A stretch of 64,000 nt of DNA from Klebsormidium nitens (lineage: Eukaryota; Plantae; Klebsormidiophyceae), in contig DF237067.1 in the NCBI GenBank assembly GCA_000708835.1, positions 124,001 through 188,000 of the forward strand, read 5' to 3'. Below the pieces are notes generated by a model. It saw nothing but the letters and a program-made list of their open reading frames with translations, was not told the origin of the DNA and did no database searches. The position numbers and the translations under genes were made by a program. Numbering within the stretch: position 1 is the stretch's first letter; each line of letters starts with the position of its first letter. This document shows positions 10,386 through 23,209 of this stretch, in pieces.

Positions 10386-13300
10386 TCACAACGACGAGAT
10401 GGGCGTTCCTTCCGGCAGAAGTCTCATCCGCCCTGCTAGCGCACTCTCGACAGCCTCTGCAGCCACTGCGACTTGGGCTCCCCCTTCGGTTGCCGCCACC
10501 TTTTCCCCCTCTTCCGTCTTTGATGTTGCAACGCAGTACTTCTCCAACCAGCGGTCCATTTCCCAGAGCATGTGCATGATGCTTTCGCGTGCGCGGTATC
10601 CGTGGCTCTCGTGCGGCAGAATAACCAGCCGCGTGTTGGCGCCGTGGCCCTTGAGGGCGGCGAAGAAGCGCTCCGACTGCAGTAGAAGAGCAGCGGCATG
10701 AGAAGAGCTGGACTTCTTCAACCAGATTATCTTGATAGTTGAAAGCTAGACGACAAAATGTGACAAGACTTCGATGTTCTCCGGACAAGAGGAACACTCG
10801 TCGCTGGTCAGACCCTGCTGACGACGCTAGACTCATAAGACAGAGTAACAAGGAATCTAGCGTCAAGCAAGCCACCGGCCCTGACGACTTTTTCAGTGAG
10901 CGCGAAGAACCCGCTCGGAATCTGTGGCGACAATAAGGTACAAGCGAGGTGCGTTGTCGCAGAGAAACGGAGCGCCTCGGCGTGAGTGCCAACCGGACGC
11001 TTTTGGACACTGCCGCTCGCTCTGCGGACGGATCCAGTCGCGGCCACCATAAGAAAGAGTGGCGCAAGCACAAAGGATCCAGCCGCCGATTTTTACAGAA
11101 AACAAAAGGGCTGGGCGAAATGCAGGGCACTTCCCGGCCACCAACTAGATCCCTCCCCTACCTGATCGTTCTCATATTGCCCCACTTTGACCGCTCACTT
11201 TCTCGCAAACCCTACCATTACACCCCGGACGACCGTCGGCGCTTAGGGCATCCAAAACAGACATCAGCTGTCTTAGTCGAAAGCTCATTGCGATGGCAAC
11301 TTTCTGCGCAGGATAGTGCGAGGCCGCGGGCGCGGTGTTTGCTTGCCTGCATGGGGAAGGTGCCGGTGTTGTTGTCGGCCTCCCCGTGGATGAGCAGCAG
11401 CGGCTTCTTGATCTTGTTCGCCTGCATGAACGGGCTCATCGTCATGTACGTCTCCGCCGCCTCCCACAACGTGCGCTCCTCCGCCTGCGCAAACACAGAA
11501 AGAGAACGTCAGCGGATGCCGGAAGTCCGCTCAGCGGTAGCGCGTAAACGAACGTCAGCGACAGCACTTCGCAGACTTGCATCGGTCAATTTTGCTGGCT
11601 TGCTGAGATGCCAAAAGGATATGCCTTTACTACAGAGGGCGGAGTCTGCAGTGACCCCAATGCTCAGTCGCAGGGTTGCGAAGAGACGGCAAAGAGACCC
11701 TTGACCGATGACTGACGGGCGGTAGGGAGGCGCGGCGGCAATCCCCAGCAGGGGCATATCAATCGACCGACTTCTCATGTACAAAACTGTTTTGAAGGTC
11801 TAAAGAACACACAACCTGCAAGATCTTCCAACAAACATCCACTTCTCAGCTTCCTCATGCTGGCAAAGCGGGACACCTGGCAAAGCGGGACATCTGACGT
11901 CACCTGGAAGCCAAAGGGCGTGAGCGTGCGGTTGTAGGCCCCGCTGCGCGCGATGCCGCACGCGAACAGCTGCGGGCAGTGCGCGAGCAGGTTGGCCGTC
12001 ATGAACGCGCCGTACGAGTGCCCGCCCACCGCAATGCGCGCGGGGTCCGCTACCTGCATGGCACGCATACTATGAGAAACGGGGAAAAGAGAGGGACGCA
12101 AGCTACACGGACCGGGCCTCCAGTGCACTGAGGCAAGTCAGTAGTCCCAAGGTTTCCCAAGTGAAATAGAAAGGCGTCAAGAAGAAGGACCTCATCTTAA
12201 AGTGGGCGTCGCTTTTATGAGCACAGTAGTGAGTCTAAGTCCTGAGGAGGCTAGAGGGAGGCTTGTAATGGCCACCTCTAAACCGTCCAATGAAATCCTC
12301 CAATGTCCAGGTGCATTCGCGAGTGCAGACGCCCGCTTTAAGCGGGTTGAGTAGGCGTCTCCAAGAAGAGACGTTCCGCCAAACCGTCTGTCCTCGTCGC
12401 CGAAGGCCAATTCTTGAAAAGAGAGTAGCTTGGTTAACCGGCGGAGCAGATTGAGAACCCTTGAAAGTAAAGAACGAGAGTCCGAACCTAACGAGCACAC
12501 GAAGACTTACCCCTCGTCGTACTACTTCGTCAACAGCGGCCTGCGCGCTCGCAACCAGCTGCTCGACGTACCTGGAGGCAAGGCACATAATCAAAGTCAG
12601 CTAACTTGCATTATGCAAAGGCGTCGAACAGCACGTACGCTACAATCGTCTTCACAGGCCCGTTAGGTGCGATTTAAAACAATTATCCGTTGCACTGGAT
12701 CCATAACGTCTTGTTCTCGAAATGCATCAAGGCTACAATTTTCAATCTGAGCGCACACTTTTACTCAGGGTCAAAGGAAGAGGGACGGAACCGAGAAGAA
12801 GTGAAAACTTGCACGAGGCCTCAAATGGCAATCGCCTCTGAGCCGCAAGTTCCGCATACTGTAAGAAGTCATCCTTCCTTACCACGTAGGACTCCTCGTT
12901 TTCCCTTTTTAGTGCAAGGTTTTGACTTACTTGTCGTTCGCTTCCTGGTCCCCCTCTCCTATGATCGGCATGGTGGGCCCGTCGAGAATAGCGTATCCTC
13001 GTGCCAACCAGAGAAGCGCCGACGTGGAACCGATCCCGGAGAACTCGTTGGGGGATCCCCGCATCTGGCCCGCAGCGTCCTTGCTCTTGAATTCCCTGCA
13101 CAAACACGGATGTAAAAAAAAACACTATCTGGACGGGGTGTCCCTGCGTATGATGACATGTAAGCTGGGTAGAACGAACTGACGACCCCCCTCGTGTCAC
13201 TGAGCCCATTCTGATTGGCCGAAACTCCAGCTATTGGGCATGATCACGAAGCAAGAACAACTTTGCTCAATAGCAGACCAAACTTTTATCCTCTCGTTCC

Positions 13301-16300
13301 ATCTAAAAGTACCCTTATCCAAGGAAAAGTCGTGGCCATGCAAGATATACGAACCAACTGCCAAAGGTTCGAGCCAACCACAATAACAGGGAAGTGACGT
13401 CAGCTGTGGCAGGAGGCTGACCTGGGGTAGGCCCACATGATGAGCGGCAGCGGCCCGTCGCGCTTTGCATCGTAGCCGGGCGGCAGGTACAGCGTGCCCA
13501 TCAAATCCACGCCGTCGCTACGCTGGTATCGTATAATCTCCTTGGACAGACCTTTCAGCTGCAACCGACAAGGAAAGGTGTCTCCTGAAGCGCACTTTGA
13601 AGCTTGGACGGGTGTTTGCTGGGGTTGACAGGAGGGGGCAAATGCAGTAGGGAATTTTCGCATCAGGGGAGAACCGGGGCGCTGAGATTGGTCCCTTCGG
13701 ACTATGGAGTAGTGGCTTCCAGCTCGAGACAGGTTCCTTCAGATTGTGAAGTAGTGGCTTCCAACACAAGACAGAGAAGAACTTGTTTGCGAAGCTCAGG
13801 TAAGTCATCGCACTTCAAAAGTGAACCCCTGTCATCAAGGCAGGATGGAGTAGACCGTGAAACAGGCTCCACAACAGAGCGCACGAAGAGCGGGTCTTCC
13901 AAGTCGCGGAAGGCCCTTATCACGGACGGCCGGACTCAGCGACGCGGCAAGGGGTGCGCCACACCTGTGGGTAGGGGTGCGGAAAGTTCGTGATCTGCTG
14001 CCACGCGTCGGTTTTGACGGTCCAGAGGAAGTACTGAGGGGGCTCCGTCTGCGACTCCCGCGACATGAGGAAGCGCATCTCCTCCAGCTGGAACGGCTCC
14101 AGGTCGCCTAACTGCCGGCCCTCTACCAACTGCAAGGGGAAAAAAAGGGAATCACGCACCCCAAACCGCCGTTTCGAGACATCGTGTGGGCACCAACCAG
14201 ATAGAGTCTTCGATTGTAGTACACGAATCCACTTCCAATCGTGGCATGCTTTTCTTTCGCAGTTGTAGAGCGACGAACAATACGTGGACGCAGCACCGTG
14301 CAACAGCCCCGGCTGCTTTGTAGTCCGATCGCCTTGCGCATCCAAACGCCTACAATCTGCTTCTCAGAGGACAAGACTCAGAGCGATTCCTCGATGCGAA
14401 GAACGCCGTCTGCTCCCTCGGGCTGCCTACCTCGGGCTGCTTGTCGGACATGAGCGCCACCACGCTCTCGAAGTACTCGTCCTTGCCGCACTGCCACACG
14501 CGCTCCGCCTCCTTCGTCTCCAGATCGAACAGGTCCAAAAACGGCCGATCACCATCCGGCGTGGCCCCTGTTCCCGAGAACAGTAACCGGGGGTGCGCTG
14601 CCTTGCCCCCCCGTACTTCGGCCAGCACGCCGCTGCCCAGGGCGGTCCGCCGGGAGAAGGGGCTGCCCGGGTCCGAGTAGACGTCCTCCCACGACCGGTC
14701 GAAGAGGAGGCGGGGCGAGGCCGAGGAGTCGCCCGGAGAAAAGATCTGCAGGGGGCGAGGGTGAGTCAACGCTTTGGAAGTCTGCTGAAGACCGCTCTGC
14801 GGCTCTGGGAGCGGTCAAAACTCAAGCAGCGGTTCGTTCAAATCCAAGAGATTTCGGTTCCAAACAACCAGCCTGTCCATCCAACCTCGCTTTCACCTTC
14901 GGATCGACTCTTCGGTTTCGTCGAGATACTGCTCAAACCACTTGACAGATTCTTGTCAGCAATTGTAAGCTCCAGGAAACTGAGAAAAGCCGCTCGAATA
15001 ACGGTTTTTCCTTGTACGTGCAATCTAAACAGGTTGCTAAACGCAGATGGCAGAGTTCCCCGGCAAGAAACCATTTCATCATAGAAACAACCTCGATAAA
15101 GTCCCGCCTCTGGAGTGATCAGGCGAGCCTACGACGTGACATATGCGGCCGGCTCAAAGCTCCCTCGGCAGGACGACTTCTATGAAGACACACTGCCCGG
15201 GCGGTCTCCCCTATGCTCTCTCTCCCACGCTCTTCAACCTGTCCATCCCAGCTTTCCTCCAATATTTCCCCGTTCTCACCCATGTCCTCGTGTTGCGTGT
15301 CTTGTACCAGCTCTCGTACAGCAGTGCCTGGTCATCCCGCTGCCACTGGATCCCTCCGTATCGCTGCTCCGTCTTCGCCAGCACCGCGGGCTCGGACCCG
15401 TCGTCCTCTGCGGGCGCCGTGTACACGATGTCGCGGGGAGACGCCTCCACCTTTGCGTCGCCGCCGTCCTGCGTCTCGGCCTGCAGAGGACGGCAGCTGG
15501 GCGTCAGCGAACAGCAGGCTTCTTCTACGTATCGTTCTCGAAAGATTTCGTTCAACCCTGCTTCCGCCTGTCGTTCTCCAAGTGCCCGTTCTCAAAGACC
15601 TGGTCGACTGCAAAGAGTCGCTCGACTGGGACAGCATCCAGTGGTGGTCAGAGCCGGAAACAAAGCTGATTCTTCTGTACCTTTTCACATGTATTCGTCT
15701 CTTCGCAGGGACGACCTAGAGGAACAAGGCATAGTTTTGAACTCGAAGCGCTCAAGTGTTATCCCGACGATTCAGCCATCAACTACAGCCGTGGTTCCAA
15801 TCACTCTTAAGAAAACTCTTACAAAAAGGCAATGGAGCGGTGGGAGTTGACGCCGCACAGGCCCTTGTCGACCCAGCTACATCGAAGCAATGTGACCTGG
15901 AGATCAGTGATCCAGCAAGCGCGGTGGCCCGGGCACTCACCCAGTAGAGCGTGGCCGGCTTATCCTCCCGCCAGTTGATCCCTCGCCGGCCTTTCCTAAC
16001 ACTGTTGAACGTAATCGGAATATCCTCCGCGAGTGGCAACCGCACGACGTCGCGCACTTTCTCGCCTGCCGCGCTCCCGCTCGCGCGCCACACTTCCACC
16101 GTGAGAGGGAACCGCCCGCAGGGGACCACATATGAGTACGGCCGCTCGACATAGGTTATGAGCATGAACTTGCCGTCGGGAGAAACATCGATGGAGGTGT
16201 AAAGGCGGGGAACGCCGATGGGTTGAATGTTGCCGGAAAGGTCGAGGACGTGGAGTTGGGAGGTGGCGTAGTAGTCGAAGAGGTCCTCGTCGTGGGTGTC

Positions 16301-18032
16301 TTTCAGGAGGTCGGGATATGTGCGGGCCTGGGACACCTGGACAGCGGGGAAGGAGCGAGTCACAACTTTTATATTCTGATTTCTCGTTTGAGTTTAAGTT
16401 AAGGAAAGCCAACAGATCGAGTCAGGTTCCAAAGTGGGAGACTCGTAACGAGACTCTGGATGGATGAATACACAGATGGACGTTTCCGCGTCATAAATCA
16501 CAAGCAAGACCTGGACAAGGAGTGGGATCGGGCCAGAGCTCCGACTCCCAATAGATTCGTCATTCTCAAATCAGCCGCTATTCTGTGCGAGCGAAACCAG
16601 TGGATCAAGCGAGTCTGTTGAAGCAGCGGAGTCAGTACAATACGACTGAAGGTAGATACATACATGATGCTTCCATTTGAAAAGCTCAGAACGGCAGAAC
16701 GACAACTTGTCCTAATCACACAGACGGATCAAGGTGACAGAATCGATCTCAAGCACCACTTAAAGACATTGTCAATGCAAATGTTATCTAGGTGGCCGGC
16801 CAGAACCAACCCAAAAGCTCCTTCAAAACCGCATATCTTTTAAGTAAGCGGAGAGCTACAAAAAGCTCCAGATCCATCCCGCCCGCAATGACACTGGTTG
16901 CATGCAGATATGTATTCCAGTTAAGCGCTTATGCAACAACACTCAGGCAGAATCGATCCCAATCGCTACGCTACAATATCAATCACACAAAGCAGAACAA
17001 TATTTGATTCAGCTTATAGGCAACCTGATAGGAAGCAGGAAGAACGGAACTGACCTTGCCAGTCTCATTTGATTGGATGACGGGTCCCGAGGGCGCCAGC
17101 TTCCTTTTTGGTGGCGGGCCCCGGTTCGACGGGATGGTCGCAACAATCAACGTGTTGTCGTCCACCCATGAATACGACAAAAATACGGTATTCAGGACAG
17201 CTGTTGTAGGTGGTAGCAGCTCCCGCGCCTCGAGAGTGGTCAAATCCGCCACCCAGAGCGACAACCCGCTCCGCTCCTCGTTCCCCTCGCAGTCAATGTT
17301 GTTCGTCCTGATTGTGAAGCAGAAGTGGCGGCCGTCATCTGACCAACTCGTAAAGTTTATCTTTGCGCCTTCCGGGATCCCAGTGATCGGCCTTTCTTCC
17401 CCTCGAACTCCCTCTTCCGACACGTCGCAGATGGACATGCTTGTGTAGTATCCCATCCTGGACCGAGCGTTAATTTCCCCATCGATGCGAAACCCAGCCA
17501 ACTTGAGCTCCGGTCTGGCAAGTTCCGAGATTGGAGTAAGAGAGGGCCTTTGAAGGAACAGAATCCTGTCTCTTTGGGGAGAGAATGAAAGCGCAGGGGT
17601 GGGTGGGGCGTCTACAATATCTGCAATTTCTTTCGGGGGCATCTTGTATCCGAGATCAGTGGCGTCGTCCTCTAAGGTGCCGTTCTCGCCTGGGGCACCG
17701 TTCGCAACAGCGGTGCCGTTTGAACTGCACCCGACCCCGCCAGAGTTTTCTGCAACTTTGCCTGGCGCCAACCAACTGAGTGCTCGATATGTCCGGGAGT
17801 ACGCCCGGCTCGATGAGAGAGCATTGGAGCTTTGGCCTGCAGGAAAGAGGTGGCTCGCCATGCTTAAATTTTTCTGTTTCCTGACGCTGCTTGCATGCTG
17901 CGCATCTGAGGGCGATATTCTAGGCGTCTGCAGTACGGGGCTGAATCTTTTGGAGGGGAGCTGCAACCCAGCAGAGCGGACGCATGTGCAGCTGCTGCGG
18001 AGAGAGAAACGAGAAGCAGCCAACACGGACAT
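10386..18032 (-). CDS. CGEP: Chloroplast glutamyl endopeptidase (S9D prolyl-oligopeptidase family), ~998 aa, 11 exons
   Basis: Exons 18032-17055, 16336-15941, 15480-15280, 14745-14431, 14129-13965, 13558-13422, 13095-12931, 12571-12511, 12053-11904, 11484-11347, 10676-10386. Catalytic triad motifs GGHSYGAF, GEADNNTGT, LPHESHGY; GYKMPPKEIADIVDAPPTP, ELKLAG.RID, WAYPREFKSKDAAGQ.RGSP. The transit peptide starts at ATG 18032 (the ORF track starts at an upstream GTG). Confidence 0.95.
13708..13774. repeat. Small tandem duplication (42-bp period) in a CGEP intron
   Basis: agtagtggcttccagctcgagacag versus agtagtggcttccaacacaagacag. Confidence 0.7.
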
Positions 18033-18336
18033 GGTGCCACCAAAGAGACCAACGGTCTGAGCGCTGCCAAAACCTGGCTTCCTCCTCACAACCTATATTA
18101 AAGAGCTGCATCGCCATGACACAGATGACCCTGAGAAAGCTCTTTCCGAAAACCCCAATTAACCGAGCAACATGATCCGTGACAACACACTGACTCAGGC
18201 CAATGGTAACAGTTTCCCGTCCCTGTCTTCAAGTGAACGGTAACGACTATCATGCGCCAAATGTGCGTGACTGTCCACTTGGAAGAAATTGTTGAAATTG
18301 AAGCTAGGTAGTTGAGCACCTATCCTGGGAGCCAAG
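18033..18336. promoter_or_regulatory. Compact divergent (probably bidirectional) promoter between CGEP and the RsmD-like gene
   Basis: Only 304 bp separate the two head-to-head ATGs (18032 on -, 18337 on +), so both promoters and 5' UTRs must fit here. No specific cis-element was identified. Confidence 0.6.
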
Positions 18337-21300
18337 ATGGCGTCTTTGATGGCAGGAGTGCGCGTGCTGGAGCAGCCGTGCTTCTCAGGACGTACTGCTG
18401 AGTTGGGTTCGTCTTTCGCCTTGCAAAGCACACCTTTGTTAGAATCTTGGGATTCTTGTTTGACTACCACAACTCACGGGTTCCGAACGCCTGCACCTCA
18501 GTTGAGCTTGAGGAGATGTCGATTGGAAACACTAACTTGTTGCAGTAGAGAATATCCCAGTATTAGCACGTGGGCTTCTAGAGAACGTAGACCAGCAGGC
18601 ACGCGGCATGTGCGCTGCCAGGCAAAGCGGAAGGGTGAGAAAGTGGTGGTGTGGTTGTAGTCAGATGTCTGGAATTCAGTGCATCAAAGCATTTACTGGT
18701 GTGTGCTGCAGATTGCTGGTTTCATAAAGATACAACGTCGTCTATGATTGCTTTCCTGGATTGCGAGCTGAGGAGGGTCTGCATTGCATTACTTTTTCGC
18801 CGTCAACTTTTGGTCGCCGCATACTGATGCCCATGGAGTAAGAGTACTCTGCTGATGGTGCTCTGCAGTTTGTGACCTTGATCACAATTCTCTGCCCCAG
18901 GGTCAGGGTCTGGGAAGACACACGATGCTACAGACATAATCGATGAGGAGGTGCTGCTTGGCCCCAGCAAGGGCTGGACTCCTGGCTTCAAGGGGCTCCT
19001 CTTTGACCCCCTGGGCAAGCTCCGGGTGAGGAGCATAGCTGCAGTTCAGAGTGCTTTGGTCTTATGCTCCTCAACTGGTGGTACTTCCGCAATCTGGAAC
19101 AAATTACTCCTGGACAACCAACGGGCAGTTTTGCGCTAAGAGCATTTCGACCACGTGCGCTCTAAGATGCTGATGAGTTGCACATTGGGACACGTCTCAT
19201 ATAGGACGAACGGTGGACCAGAGTGGCCCTGCAAATATTAAAAGGATGCAAGTGCACACTGTTGAATGGGGCGGGGCCTTCTTTGCAGCTGAACCCCGAC
19301 CTCATCACCCCTGACCTCCTCAATGACAACGTCGATGAGCTGGGGCCTGCGGACAGGGAGGCAATGCAGGCGCCGCCGGTGGAGCCAACAAAAAAGAAGA
19401 AGGAGAAGAAGAAGGCAAAGGAGGTCAAGAAGCCCCTCACCGTAGCAGTGAGTGAAGACATGATTGGGGCTTGCACCTTCTGCTCTCGCAGTCTGTCACG
19501 GCCCATTTGTAGTGATGTATCATCATAATAAGGCAGTTCTTGTTATGCTACCTCTATTCTCTCCCTTCTCCTGCCTTCTGGTCAGAAAGTTGCACACTCC
19601 ACAGGATTCGTCCAGCCGAGCTTCCCCCTTGCCACTCTGTTTCCACTTCGTCCCCTTGTTGGCATCGAGCATACGAAAACAGCAGAACTTGGTCCATCCT
19701 GCACCGGCTTCGAATCTTCATCAAATACCGGGGCCCAATCCTGACAATGTTGTCCCATAGGTCCTTGTGGCCATATGAAAACTGTCACCAGAACCATTAG
19801 CCCTTGACACGCAAGCCCTACTATTCCTAGGACCTGGAGTTGGCGGGCGTGCCAGTGAACGACCAGCTGCGGCAGATCTTGAAAGAGGAGAACCGGAGGG
19901 CCCACCGGCAGGCGGCGGAGGCAGACGGGAAGAAGGTCAAGGGGCCTCGGCCGCGGGGGTGGCAGATGCCAGCGCCAGACAACCGGGAAGTGCATAAGCT
20001 GCTCAAGGTAAGGGGCACTCATGCCGCAACAGGCTTCGCGCGCAGAGCGCCTCAGTTCGAAACAGGAGCTTTCTTGGGGCCGAACCGGAGCATCTTGCTC
20101 CAGATGATTGCTTTCCGAATGGGAGTGGCCCTGGTTTTCAGACATCGCAGCCGGCCAAGCGCAAGTTAAAAAGGGACGCCACTAAGTTTGAACGTGCTTC
20201 AACTGCGGCCTCGCTCCGGCTTGTAAGGCAAAGTTACCGGAGCTTGACGCTCTAATTGGGCCCCGGTTTGGGTTTGATTTAGAGCGCATGCCCCGTGTTG
20301 AGATACACTTTTGGTGCTGACCTTTTCTGCATGAAGCTTGCAACACTTCGAGAGTCATCTGATAATCGCATTGAGCTTTCGGTAGCAAGGAAAGCAGTCA
20401 AGTTCTGTGGTGGGTCGGTTCTGTGAAGCATCCGAGAGATCCGCGAGATGCACTGGCTGCCCTCCTTCATGCAGATTGTGGGGGGCCAGGCCAGCGGAAA
20501 GCGTCTGCTCTCGCCCGCGGACCGAGCAGTGCGGCCGATGATGGAGGTGGTGCGTGCGGCCGTGTTCAATATGCTCCAGGTACAGCCCTGCCTGGGAGTG
20601 GACGGCTTGCTGGAGGACCCCTTTGATGATGGCGTCTCTATACTTTTCTCTGGACAATGCATCCATCTAACGTCTGACGCGTAGTTGGTGTCTGTTATTC
20701 GTGTCCTCTGTCGTTGACGGCGTCCATTTGCCTGAGTTCCAAACTCCAGGCTTCATTGTACTCTGGTAACCAAAGAGTGACTTAACAGTCGAGTGACTTC
20801 AGATAGGCGCGCGGGGGACGGGTGGGGTTAGCTTGGTGGTTAGGGTGGGTTCGGGTGCTAAGCGGGTGATTATTCGGGTTAGGTGTTTTAGTTTGTCTGG
20901 TCGGGGTTCGTGAATCCTTAGTCATTCACCCTTTAAGTCACTCCTGAGTTACCAGTATCTTCATTGTTGGAAGGGTAGGCCCGTTTTGAAACAACCATAA
21001 AGTCGGCGTCCAGTCGCTGCTCGTCGGACGTCCTTGTTTGAGGCGGACGCCTCGTCCTGATCCAGCTCTTCCTGTCCGCAGTCCATGGTGGGCCTCCCTA
21101 CGCTGGAGGGGCGGTGGCTGGACCTGTACAGTGGGACCGGCTCCGTTGGGCTGGAGGCGCTCAGCAGGGGCTGCGACAGCGTGAGTTGTCAATCGGCCTC
21201 GACCTTGTGGTTTTTCGAAGGAGGTGGTCTTAACATTATGCTGTGCCCGTACTTTGCCTGTAAAGTATGCGAAGGAGAATCCAACGATTGCTCTTTGATT

Positions 21301-22572
21301 CGGAGTTGTGCGCGTAGTTGGTCTTGAAGCAAATCCCGATGGAATACTTGGACTCCATCCTCTGGCCCGTCGCCGCTCTGTCTTTGCTGCCGCAGCTGTT
21401 GACCCCGTGAACGCGTTGCGCAGTGTCACTTTGTGGAGCTGGACCCATGGGTGGTGACCAACGTGCTGCAGCCCAACATCGACAACTGCGACTTTAACTC
21501 GGAGAGCATCATCCACACGCAGAAGGTGGAGGCCTTCTTCGAACGAGCAGAGGAGCCAGGTGGGCCGCCCCACCATACCCGTCCACTGTCCTTCGTTGGT
21601 TTGTTAATCAGCTCGGTCACGACTACTGACATCAGATTGGCAGCTTTGAATTTCGGACGTGCGATTGGGTCGCTAGGTGCTTACTCCACAGTCTGTCAGA
21701 AAAGTGTCCGCTCACCTGGACAATACGGCAGGCCCGAAATTGTGGTGCCCATCGTTCTGCCAAGGAAAGAGACTCGCGGTGCAGGCCTCCGGCTAAGAGA
21801 CGGCTGAAATGAGCATTTCAGGAATCTTTACTTTCGTTTCTTGTAAATTAGCAACCAGATTCCCTCTTCGATTAGTTACCGAGTTTCTTGCGGACTGCCA
21901 CAACGATCAATTCAGATTTTCCAACCGTCCCGAACGCAGGTGCTATTTCGGGGGGTGCTTTCGACTTCATCAGCGTCACCCCACCTTACGAGGCCGTCAA
22001 GTACAGCGACTTGATGACGACACTTGCCACCTCGCCCGTCGTAGGGCGCGACACTTTCATTGTGAGTCCGCTCTTTCCTGCGGCGCTTGCCTCAACAAGC
22101 ACCGGAGAGTGGGTTGGGCGGGGATTCGCTTATGTTTTGCCTTGTTTCATTCTGAGCACGTACAGAGGCGAGCTCGTTTTGTGCAACCTGGGCCACTTCA
22201 AGATCGTGGAAGCATGTTTGACACAACGGATACTTCTTTTCTATGTGCAGATTGTTGAATATCCCTACAGGGACCGGGCCGTAATCACCGACCAGTGCGG
22301 CAACCTGTTTAAAGTGAGCACCGACCTTGTGCAAGTGATGCAATCAACTACTTTGCAATGCAACTTTCACCAGAGCAGTGCGGGTTGTGCAAATCTGCAT
22401 GCTGTACAACTTATGTTTGAGATCGACTATGGAAGCATGCGAATCCAAGACACTTCGTGTACTCCATGGAAAGATTGTGTTTGGCATTTCGCAGATTCGA
22501 GATCGTCGCTACGGCCGGACCAACCTAGCCATGTACGGCCCCGATTGGGCCAGGACAGAAAAGACTCCGTAG
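18337..22572 (+). CDS. rsmD: RsmD/YlbH-like 16S rRNA m2G966-type methyltransferase, organelle (plastid) targeted, ~453 aa, 10 exons
   Basis: Exons 18337-18634, 18901-19025, 19289-19447, 19831-20007, 20475-20579, 21082-21180, 21424-21559, 21940-22061, 22251-22313, 22495-22572. IVGGQASGKRLLSP..RAVRPMMEVVRAAVFNML, WLDLYSGTGSVGLEALSRG, FVELD, FDFISVTPPY, IVEYP, RRYGRT. Exons 1-3 rest on splice phase only and are less certain. Confidence 0.88.
20812..20910 (+). repeat. G/T-rich degenerate telomere-like (GGGTTA/GGGTTC) tract in intron 5 of the RsmD-like gene
   Basis: gcgggggacgggtggggttagcttggtggttagggtgggttcgggtgctaagcgggtgattattcgggttaggtgttttag: many GGG runs, one exact TTAGGG at 20840 and several variants. 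Confidence 0.5.
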
Positions 22573-23209
22573 AGACGCTATTTTGGACGTAAACTAGATC
22601 AAGGGTTGAAGGGGCAGTTACGGGATTGTGCGTTGATAGGGTTCATCTGAAACAGTCCAGGAAATATAGCAACTGGTTAGCACTCGGAAGATCCTTTTCG
22701 TTCAGCGCACCTGCCATTCCACAGGTTCTCTGCCTTGCCATTGGCTTTTGAAAGTGACCGCTGATATCTGAGAACAACGGACGCAGCTACCCCGAAGTGC
22801 GGAGTGAAAGTTGATCGATGCGGTTTGCCTATGAATCAGCCCTTGCTCAGATTGTGCCCCGCAGCTGCATCATGCTCCTTAGAATGCTGTGTTACTGACA
22901 TGCATAGGCTGACTAGCTTCGAAACCCCTTGATTCAGTAGCTTTCAATTGAACATTGTAGTCTAAGTTCCGACAAGATGGTTGTCAATTCCCCACCATGC
23001 ACAATGCTCAGCGGGCATGCTGTATGTCAAAGCCCGCTTCGAAGTTTTTGTTGGACCGAACTCGGACTCGAGCGACGGTGAGTTGCTGAAACAGACTCTT
23101 GTCACGTCCGCACAACTTTTGCGCGGACCCATCCGACGGCTGGGGTTGCATCTGGTTGCATCACGAGTTGCTGCTGCCATGGCGGTGCAAGGGTGGGCAG
23201 TGGGCATAA

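Noticed and set aside
10366-11704. Long ORFs of 251-254 aa overlapping CGEP (10366-11130 minus, 10949-11704 plus)
   Set aside because: They span introns or the antisense strand of GC-rich exons; low-complexity Arg/Ser-rich translations typical of shadow ORFs.
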